A DNA stretch of 64,000 nt from Myxococcales bacterium (GTDB lineage: Bacteria > Myxococcota_A > Bradymonadia > UBA7976 > UBA1532), in assembly GCA_009692505.1 (NCBI GenBank), contig SHZC01000005.1:745-64744 (forward strand), written 5' to 3'. Position 1 is the first letter of the stretch. The number at the start of each line of letters is the position of its first letter. This document shows, in pieces, positions 1-7,088 of this stretch. A program made the position numbers and the translations under genes. The notes beneath the pieces were generated by a model. It was given only the letters and a program-made list of their open reading frames with translations. It had not been told where the DNA came from and ran no database searches.

Positions 1-133
1 TAAAGATGCTCGCGCCGACGATGACGCCGAGCCCCACGAACCCGGCTTTGGGCCCGATGAACTTCCTCAGGGCGGTGACGGCCGCGAACGCGAGTGCGAT
101 CCGAATCAGGAACGCGAGGGTGGATATGATCAT
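1..133 (-). CDS. small hydrophobic protein, 5' part only (runs off the window start)
   Basis: The ATG at 133..131 overlaps the decarboxylase stop in an ATGA. The translation MIISTLAFLIRIALAFAAVTALRKFIGPKAGFVGLGVIVGASIF is TM-like with high GC3. The ORF track omits it because it is open-ended. Confidence 0.4.
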   Translation of the reverse strand, partial: MIISTLAFLIRIALAFAAVTALRKFIGPKAGFVGLGVIVGASIF

Positions 134-1380
134 GCGCTGATCTCCTCAAGGTCGAAGTCGCCGAGGGCATTGCGAGTCACGAGCACCTCGCGCGGCGGGT
201 CGTGACCGATAAACGCCGTGGGGCTCGCGGTCAAGCCATAGGCCCCCGAACTGGGGATGCCGATCACGTCGCCGACCTCGAGCTCAGGCATCCGCAGGTT
301 GCGCCCGAGGGTGTCGATGGTCGTGCAGAGCGGCCCGCAGATCTGGTGGGCGGTCTCCACGGCGAGCGGGCTGGGCTTTGTGACTCGGAACAGGCGAAAG
401 TTCCTCGGGATGACTTGGCCGAAGTGCCCGGCGGCCGCGAGGTGGTGGTTCATCCCGCCGTCGCAGACGACCATGAGGGTGCCTCGGGAGGGCTTCTTGT
501 GGACGACGGATGTGAGGTAGTCGCCGGCCTCGCCGACCAGGTAGCGGCCGAGCTCGAGGTGAAGCTCCGTCTCACCGAAGCGGCTCTGCGCCGTCAGCGT
601 CTCGAGGATGGGCTGGATGCCCGAGGCGACGTCAAGGAGCTTGAGCGGCGCGTCGTGATCGTAATACGGGATGCCCAGGCCGGCCCCGAAGACCAGTTTT
701 CGCGGCCGAAGGTCGTGCGCCACGCAGACCTCCTGAAAGAGCGCGGCGTAGAGGGCCCAGTTCTCGACGATCGCCCCTTCGTCGAGGCATTGCGTGCCCG
801 AGTAGATGTGAAACCCCGCGAGCTCGAGGTCGTCAAGCTGCTTGACCTCTAAGATGGCCGCGAGGCACTCCTCCTCGTCAATCCCGAACTGGGTGGGCTT
901 GCCCGCGAGGTTGAGGCCAAAGCCCTTGGGCACCCGCTTCGGCGCCAAGCGTATGAGCACTCTTTGGATCCGGCCGGCCGCCTTGGCGATGGACGCGAGC
1001 CGACAAGCCTCGGCCACGGACTCCACGACGACCTCGCCAATCCCCGCGTCGACGGCCGCCGACAGCTCCGCGTCCCTCTTGCCCGGGCCGGTGAACGAGA
1101 GCTGCGACGGCGAGCAACCCGCCGCGAGGGCCCGCCGCAGCTCGCCCCCCGAGGAGATGTCGAAGGCGTCGATGTTGAGGTCGGGTGCCCGAAGCCGCTC
1201 GAGCAGCTTCAGGTTGGGGTTGGCCTTGACCGCATACGAGAGGCGGAACCGATGCGCGAAGGCCGTGCGCAGCTCGGCCGCCCGCTCGCGAATATCGTCC
1301 AGGAAGTAGACGTAAGAAGGGGTGCCGAAGGTCTGGGAGACGCGCTCCAGGATCTCGCGTCGCTGCTCGAAGGGGATCAT
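130..1380 (-). CDS. PLP-dependent decarboxylase, Orn/DAP/Arg decarboxylase family 2 (LysA-like)
   Basis: The sequence MIPFEQRREILERVSQTFGTPSYVYFLDDIRERAAELRTAF...YAVKANPNLKLLERL is typical of the alanine-racemase-fold N-terminus, with the PLP lysine in the AVKAN motif. I rejected the Arg-rich extension upstream to 1728. The ATG at 1380 overlaps the upstream stop (ATGA). Confidence 0.85.
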   Translation of the reverse strand: MIPFEQRREILERVSQTFGTPSYVYFLDDIRERAAELRTAFAHRFRLSYAVKANPNLKLLERLRAPDLNIDAFDISSGGELRRALAAGCSPSQLSFTGPGKRDAELSAAVDAGIGEVVVESVAEACRLASIAKAAGRIQRVLIRLAPKRVPKGFGLNLAGKPTQFGIDEEECLAAILEVKQLDDLELAGFHIYSGTQCLDEGAIVENWALYAALFQEVCVAHDLRPRKLVFGAGLGIPYYDHDAPLKLLDVASGIQPILETLTAQSRFGETELHLELGRYLVGEAGDYLTSVVHKKPSRGTLMVVCDGGMNHHLAAAGHFGQVIPRNFRLFRVTKPSPLAVETAHQICGPLCTTIDTLGRNLRMPELEVGDVIGIPSSGAYGLTASPTAFIGHDPPREVLVTRNALGDFDLEEISA

Positions 1381-2963
1381 CGTCCGAGCGCCTCCCGGAT
1401 GATCGTCGGGCGATCGAGCTTGCCGCTCCCGGTGCGAGGCATGTCGCCGTCCCAGGTGTGCACGCGGCGGGGCACCATATACGCCGGCATCGTGTGCTTG
1501 CAGTAGGCCAAGAGCGCGTCGCTCAGGGTCTCTTTGTCCACGGGCTCGAGGCCCATAGAGAGACTCGTCACCGCCACCTCGATCAGCTGGCCCTGGAGGT
1601 CGTCCTCGCGCCCGAAGGCCACGACGTGCCCGACGAGCCCGCTCTTGGAGACCACGTCTTCGACCTCCGTGGGGCTGACGCGGTAGCCGCTCGTCTTGAG
1701 CATCGAGTCGGCCCGGCCCACGAACCAAAGGTCGCCCTCGTCGTCCCGGTAGACCAAGTCACCGCTGTAGCAGACGCCCTCCTCGCCGATGAGGTGACGA
1801 AGCTGCGGACACGGGCGAATCTTCTCGGCCGTGGCCTCCGGCTTGCCCCAATAACCCCGGCTGATGAGGCTGCCGCGATGCACGAGCTCGCCGTGCTGCC
1901 CGACGTCTGCGAGGCCGTCGGCGGTGATGACGAAGACCTCGGCGTTGGGGATCGCCTGCCCGATCGAGCCCATCTTGCGGCCGAACTTCTCCGGCGAGAG
2001 GAACGTGCTCCGGAAGGCCTCCGTGAGGCCATACATCAGGAAGATGGCGGTGCCTGGAAAGACCTCGGGCATGACCGTCAGCACGTTCGGGGGGATCTTG
2101 CCGCCGCTGTTCGTCAGATACCGCAGCGCGGGGAATCGAGGGGCGGGTGAGAGCGTCCCGAGATACTGGACCAAGGGGATGAAGACCGGGGGCACGGCAG
2201 CGAAGCCGGTGATGTGATGGCGGACGAGCGCGCGCTCAATCTCCGCCGGCATCATGACCCGCTGGAGCACCACGGTCCCGCCGACGAGCACCATGCAGAG
2301 GAGCTGGTTGAGGCCGTAGTCGAAGCTGAAGGACAAGAGCGAGAGCAGGCGGTCGCCCGCGTGGTTTCCGAGATACCGCGTGACGCTCCGTGCGCCCGTG
2401 AGCAGGTTCCGGTGGGTCAGCATCACGCCCTTGGGCATCCCGGTGGAGCCGGAGGTGTAGAGGAGCGCGGCCAGATCACAGTCGATGCCGACGGGCGGTG
2501 GGAGCGGGGGCGTCGCATGAGTCAAGGTGGTTGACGAAGTGTAAAGGCCGGGGTCGACGCCTTGGGGGCAAGCGCCCTCGATGAGCACCGCGACGAGGGC
2601 CTCAGGGGTCGGGAGACGGGCGAAGACGACGGCGTGGCGTGCGTCGGTGATGAGCACAGAAACGCCGCAATCCCGCAGGACGTAGTCGAGCTGCGCGCCG
2701 GTGAGCTGCGCGCTGACGTTGACCATGACCCCGCCGAGCCGCCAGACGGCGAACATGGCGACGACCTCGGGCACGCTCTTGTTGAGGTGTACGGCGACCC
2801 GGTCGCCCCGTCGCAGGCCCACGCGTTTCAGGTACGAGGCGACGATGTCGACCCGGTCGCAGAGCGCGGCATAGGAGACGACGTCGTCTCCGTCGATGAG
2901 CGCGGGGTGGTCGCCGCGGGCCGTCCGGTTCTTCTCCAAGAGATCAAAAACAGTACATTCCAT
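1377..2963 (-). CDS. AMP-forming acyl-CoA/acyl-ACP ligase (adenylate-forming enzyme)
   Basis: The AMP-binding motif LLYTSGSTGMPKGV is present, with YGLTE and a C-terminal GKLDR. An AGGAGG Shine-Dalgarno sequence sits 7 nt upstream of the ATG at 2963 (MECTVFDLLEKN). Confidence 0.85.
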   Translation of the reverse strand: MECTVFDLLEKNRTARGDHPALIDGDDVVSYAALCDRVDIVASYLKRVGLRRGDRVAVHLNKSVPEVVAMFAVWRLGGVMVNVSAQLTGAQLDYVLRDCGVSVLITDARHAVVFARLPTPEALVAVLIEGACPQGVDPGLYTSSTTLTHATPPLPPPVGIDCDLAALLYTSGSTGMPKGVMLTHRNLLTGARSVTRYLGNHAGDRLLSLLSFSFDYGLNQLLCMVLVGGTVVLQRVMMPAEIERALVRHHITGFAAVPPVFIPLVQYLGTLSPAPRFPALRYLTNSGGKIPPNVLTVMPEVFPGTAIFLMYGLTEAFRSTFLSPEKFGRKMGSIGQAIPNAEVFVITADGLADVGQHGELVHRGSLISRGYWGKPEATAEKIRPCPQLRHLIGEEGVCYSGDLVYRDDEGDLWFVGRADSMLKTSGYRVSPTEVEDVVSKSGLVGHVVAFGREDDLQGQLIEVAVTSLSMGLEPVDKETLSDALLAYCKHTMPAYMVPRRVHTWDGDMPRTGSGKLDRPTIIREALGR

Positions 2964-3056
2964 GGGTCGGCCTCCTTGGGGCACCGGATGTCAGGGCCCC
3001 GACGGCGTCTACAATAGCCCACCGAGTTTGCCCACCCGGTTGAGCTGTGACATCGT

Positions 3057-5237
3057 TTGACGGTGCGCGCGACCAGCGTCGATCGGCTGCCTAAAGTGCA
3101 GCCCACTCCCTTCGGAAAGTACATCCTGCTCGACCGCATTGGTTTGGGCGGCATGGCCGAGATCTTTCGGGCGCGGCAGCTCGGCGCGGCGGGCTTCCAG
3201 AAGCAGCTCGTCATCAAGAAAATCCTGATGCACCTGGCGGAGAACGACGAGTTCGTCCGCATGTTCATCGACGAGGCGAAGATCGCCGTCTCCCTGCAAC
3301 ACGCCAACGTCGTGCAAATCTTCGACCTCGGCGCCGTGCGGCAGGAGTACTTCATCGCGATGGAGTACGTGTTCGGCAAGGATTTGCTGAACCTCCTCAT
3401 CCGCTGCACGCATCTGCGGATCCGCATTCCGCAGAAGCTCGCGGTCTTCATCCTCTGTGAGACGCTGAAGGGCCTCGAGGCGGCCCACTACGCCGTCGAC
3501 AGCCGGGGCAACCCGCTGAACATCATTCACCGGGACGTGTCGCCCTCCAACGTGATGCTCAGCTACGACGGCGAGGTCAAGATTGGCGACTTCGGGGTCG
3601 CGAAGGCGACGCGGCGCGAGGCGGCCACCAAGACCGGCACAATGAAAGGCAAGCTCGGTTACATGAGCCCCGAGCAGGTCACCGGTCAGGACATCGACGC
3701 CCGGGCCGACCTCTTCAGTGCCGGGATTATTCTCTACGAGATGCTGGCGATGAACCGGCTCTTCCACGGGAAGACCGAGCTTGAGACCCTGATGATGGTC
3801 CGCGACTGCGACGTGAGCGAGGCCCTGTCGAAGCTGCCGGCCGAGGTCCCCGACGCGCTGCGGCGTATCCTCGCCAAGAGCCTCGCCCGAGAGCGCGACC
3901 AGCGTTTTCAGACGGCCACGGAGTTCCTCGAGTCCGCGCTCGACTTCCTGTTCAACGAGAAACATCGCGTCACGACGCAGGACGTCGGTCGCTTCATGAA
4001 GTCGGTGTTCGCCAAGGAGATCGAAGACGAGCTCGCGCGGCAAGACGAGATTGATCGGGCCATCGCCGAGGTCGCGCCGGGCCTTGCAGGGGATCCCAAC
4101 CCGAGTGGAGGCGCGCGCAGGCCTCTGCCAAGGACGCCCGCGCCGCCGCTGGTCCCCGCGCCCCGCTCGTCGCTCCATCCCGCCGAGCCTCCCCCACCAC
4201 GGCGCGCCACGCCCGTCTCCGACGTGCCGCAGCTGCGTGGGTCAGTTCCACCGCGTCCGGTGGTCCCGCCGCCGCCGCCGTCCAGCGCGGCCGGGTGGAG
4301 CGAGACGAGCCGCTTCCGTATCCGAGACGACGGGGGCATCGTTTACGGCCCCATGGGGTATCGAACGCTGGTCGAGATCATCGATCGGGACGGCCTCAAC
4401 GTCGCCGAGGAGGTCTCGGTCGACGGGGGGAGCTGGACGGCCGCCGGCTTGGTGAACGGCCTGCTGGATGGCCTCTCCGAGAGCCATCAGGGCCGTCTGC
4501 CCGACTTCACCGGACAGTTCGAGCGCCTCGACTTCCCTCGGATCCTCTACCGCTACGCCGCGTGCAAGGCGACCGGCCGGATGCATCTGGAGACCGGCAC
4601 GAAGCGCAAGGAGATCTTTTGGCGAAGGGGCCGCCCAGAATATGTGACGAGCAACCTCCGAAGTGAGCTGCTCGGCGAATACCTTGTGGACCGTCGCCTC
4701 GTCTCTCGTGCCCGGCTCAACGAGGCCCTCTCCGTCCTGTCCGACCACGGCGGGCGACTGGGTGACGCGCTCGTCCACCTCAACCTCCTGACCCCGCACG
4801 ACCTCTTCAACGCGCTGTCGTCGCAGGTCAAAGCCAAGCTCCTGGAGGTCTTCTCCTGGAGCACGGGCAACTACGGCTTCTACCGCGGCGGACATACGAC
4901 CGCGCAGATTGTGCCGCTGGAACTCGGTGCCTATGCCCTCGTCAACGAGGGTGTGTGTCGGAGGATGGCCCTCGACGAGATCAAGGCGCACTTCGATGGC
5001 CGGGATCAGCTCCCGTTGAACCGCTGCGAACATCGGCTCATCACCGCACAGGATCTGCAGCTGTCCACCAAGCAGCTCCGCATCTGGAATGCCGTGGGGC
5101 ATGGAATTCCCATCGTCGAACAGCTTGGGCGGCTCATGGCGATCCCCGGCGTGGACGAGGCCGACGTCTACCAGATCCTCTTTCTTATGGAGCGGCTCGA
5201 CTTCGCCACTCTCGCGAAAGAAGTTAGAGGGACTTGA
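3057..5237 (+). CDS. Ser/Thr protein kinase with Pro-rich linker, GYF_2-like, DUF4388-like and tandem MshEN-like C-terminal region
   Basis: Kinase motifs are present: GLGGMAEIFRA, VIKKI, HRDVSPSNV, GDFGVAK and SPEQ. The C-terminal region contains FRIRDDGGIVYGPMGY...GGSWTAAG and then RMHLETGTKRKEIFWRRGRPEYVTSN. The TTG start at 3057 is uncertain, and GTG at 3063 or 3099 are alternatives. Confidence 0.85.
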   Translation: MTVRATSVDRLPKVQPTPFGKYILLDRIGLGGMAEIFRARQLGAAGFQKQLVIKKILMHLAENDEFVRMFIDEAKIAVSLQHANVVQIFDLGAVRQEYFIAMEYVFGKDLLNLLIRCTHLRIRIPQKLAVFILCETLKGLEAAHYAVDSRGNPLNIIHRDVSPSNVMLSYDGEVKIGDFGVAKATRREAATKTGTMKGKLGYMSPEQVTGQDIDARADLFSAGIILYEMLAMNRLFHGKTELETLMMVRDCDVSEALSKLPAEVPDALRRILAKSLARERDQRFQTATEFLESALDFLFNEKHRVTTQDVGRFMKSVFAKEIEDELARQDEIDRAIAEVAPGLAGDPNPSGGARRPLPRTPAPPLVPAPRSSLHPAEPPPPRRATPVSDVPQLRGSVPPRPVVPPPPPSSAAGWSETSRFRIRDDGGIVYGPMGYRTLVEIIDRDGLNVAEEVSVDGGSWTAAGLVNGLLDGLSESHQGRLPDFTGQFERLDFPRILYRYAACKATGRMHLETGTKRKEIFWRRGRPEYVTSNLRSELLGEYLVDRRLVSRARLNEALSVLSDHGGRLGDALVHLNLLTPHDLFNALSSQVKAKLLEVFSWSTGNYGFYRGGHTTAQIVPLELGAYALVNEGVCRRMALDEIKAHFDGRDQLPLNRCEHRLITAQDLQLSTKQLRIWNAVGHGIPIVEQLGRLMAIPGVDEADVYQILFLMERLDFATLAKEVRGT

Positions 5238-5325
5238 CAAATAGCCGGAGTTCGCACATTCGAGGGGCGAAAACAGTGCCTCCCGGAGACGGCGGGCGCA
5301 ATACGGCGAGCATAAGGACTGGTGC

Positions 5326-5838
5326 ATGGCCTTCTTCTTAGACTTCTACGCACTGCCTGCGGCCCAGATGGTCAAGGTGCGCAAGAGCGAAGGCGTCGAA
5401 GGCCTGCGCAAGCGCTGCGAAGATATGGGTGAGCATCTCGGCCGGACCGAATTCAAGGAGGCCCCTGGCGACCTCTTCGAGGCATTGGACAAACTTCTGT
5501 CGATTCGGCTCGCGGAGCTGCTCGGCTCGCAGATTGGCGACCTCGACGGGACCTCGACGAGCCCCTGCGTCGGTCATCTGTCCGAGGACGACATGTCCGA
5601 CGCGATGGACAGCCTCGAGCAGCTCAGCGAGGCCATCGAGATTGATCCCGATGAGGACGACGACGAGGACTTCGACCGCGCCCAGCAGTTCGAGTTGCGC
5701 CAGCGGGCCGAGGAGATCGCCGACGACTTGGGCTTGGTCATCGACGACGACTTCGGCGATCTCATCACCGATCTCATCGATAACCTACGGGCCGCGCGAG
5801 ACGAGAACGGCGAGATCATCGCCTTCGTCAACGGCTGA
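5326..5838 (+). CDS. highly acidic hypothetical protein (possibly DUF1877/YfbM-like, unverified)
   Basis: The ORF has high GC3, is 170 aa long, and contains a D/E-rich segment (DPDEDDDEDFD). I recognise no clear motif. Confidence 0.5.
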   Translation: MAFFLDFYALPAAQMVKVRKSEGVEGLRKRCEDMGEHLGRTEFKEAPGDLFEALDKLLSIRLAELLGSQIGDLDGTSTSPCVGHLSEDDMSDAMDSLEQLSEAIEIDPDEDDDEDFDRAQQFELRQRAEEIADDLGLVIDDDFGDLITDLIDNLRAARDENGEIIAFVNG

Positions 5839-5891
5839 ATTTCGCCGGGCGTCGCTGCGTCTGACCTTCGCGGGATTCGGAGCCCGCCGCC

Positions 5892-6371
5892 ATGTTGTCG
5901 ACGCCCCTCGCCTTGCTTTTGACCCTGCTCGCGCCTTCCGCCGGCAAGCTGCCCAAAGCGGATGTCGTGCCCCCGCTTGAGAAGATGAGCGACGGGGCCT
6001 CGCGGCTGACGCTGCATCAGCGCACCTGCCTCTTCGTCGAAGGCGAGCCCGACGCGCTCCCCTACCGGGCCGACTCTCCGCTCGACTGCGAGAGGGTCAA
6101 CCGGGCCTCGGCCGACAGCCGGAAGAAGATCGCGAAACGTCTACGTCTAAGGGCCGGAAAATATCTGATTCGGGTGCTCAATGAAGGCCACCCCTTCGCC
6201 ACCGGCTTCGTCCTGCGCGGCGAGTACGACCAGAGCCTGCCGACCGTGACGGGTGAGGGCATATCGAAGGGCTCGGGGCGCGACTTCAAGATCGAGCTGA
6301 CACCCGGCGAGTACGTTTACTTCTGCCCGGTGTTCAAGAGCCTGGAGTACCGGCTGCTCGTCGAGCGGTAG
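5892..6371 (+). CDS. secreted hypothetical protein, cupredoxin-like C-terminus without obvious Cu ligands
   Basis: There is an N-terminal signal-like segment MLSTPLALLLTLLAPSAG. The C-terminal sequence ELTPGEYVYFCPV resembles a cupredoxin strand. Confidence 0.45.
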   Translation: MLSTPLALLLTLLAPSAGKLPKADVVPPLEKMSDGASRLTLHQRTCLFVEGEPDALPYRADSPLDCERVNRASADSRKKIAKRLRLRAGKYLIRVLNEGHPFATGFVLRGEYDQSLPTVTGEGISKGSGRDFKIELTPGEYVYFCPVFKSLEYRLLVER

Positions 6372-7088
6372 TCAAGGCGCCTGACCTGTTCGGACGTAGA
6401 CCGCCGCCGCCTCGAAGCCCAGAAAGGCGACGACGTCGACGATGCAGAGGTGGGAGACAAACGGCAGGCCGAGCTGGGTATAGGGACCGGGCTCAAAGGC
6501 GGAGTAGCTGACCTCTAGCCCCGCGGGCTCGAGGACGTCGTCCTCCTCAAGGTACTGCATGGAGCCCCGTGGGCTGAGGTAGCGGACGCAGTCGAGGGTC
6601 CGGCAGAGGTTGAGCAGGCGCGCCGACCGGACCCCTTCAGGCGCGAGAACCGACGACCGCACGCAGGGCGTCTCTATCTCGAGGAGCCGCGCGAGCCGCT
6701 CGATGACGGCGCAGTTGAAGTCGGCGAGCAGGGTCAACGACTCGTCGCCATAGAGGGGAGCGAGGGCGTCGACTACGGCCTTGCCGAACGGCGCGCGGGC
6801 GTAGGTCTGGCGCAGGGTGAGGATCTGTTTTCGACGCCAGCCGCTGCGTTCATCGATGTGAACCTCGGCGATGGCCTGGCTGTCCGAGCCCAGGACCGGC
6901 AGGACGACGAGCTGGCTCTGGCCGCAGTTCAAGATGCGATTGCGCGTCTGCCACGACTGGCGAACGACCTTGACGTCATCGAGGAAGACAAAGACGTCGA
7001 CGGCGGCCATGAGGTGGAAGTAGCCGGCCCACGGCAGGAAGGTCGGCTGCATGATGGCGCAGCGTCGGCCGGTCATTTGAACATTCAT
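6372..7088 (-). CDS. WbqC-like family protein
   Basis: The sequence IMQPTFLPWAGYFHLMAAVDVFVFLDDVKVVRQSWQTRNRI matches the WbqC family N-terminal signature. The ATG at 7088 overlaps the upstream stop (ATGA). Confidence 0.8.
   Translation of the reverse strand: MNVQMTGRRCAIMQPTFLPWAGYFHLMAAVDVFVFLDDVKVVRQSWQTRNRILNCGQSQLVVLPVLGSDSQAIAEVHIDERSGWRRKQILTLRQTYARAPFGKAVVDALAPLYGDESLTLLADFNCAVIERLARLLEIETPCVRSSVLAPEGVRSARLLNLCRTLDCVRYLSPRGSMQYLEEDDVLEPAGLEVSYSAFEPGPYTQLGLPFVSHLCIVDVVAFLGFEAAAVYVRTGQAP

Noticed and set aside
130-1728. N-terminal extensions of several track ORFs (130-1728, 9549-10361, 11683-12891, 29138-30622, 33510-36797, 40831-42876 and 48870-51935).
   Set aside because: The extensions are Arg/Pro/Gly-rich and overlap the upstream gene. 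Internal starts give canonical family N-termini and produce ATGA/GTGA junctions with the upstream stop.
3009-4178. A 389-aa minus-strand ORF.
   Set aside because: It is antisense to the kinase catalytic domain.
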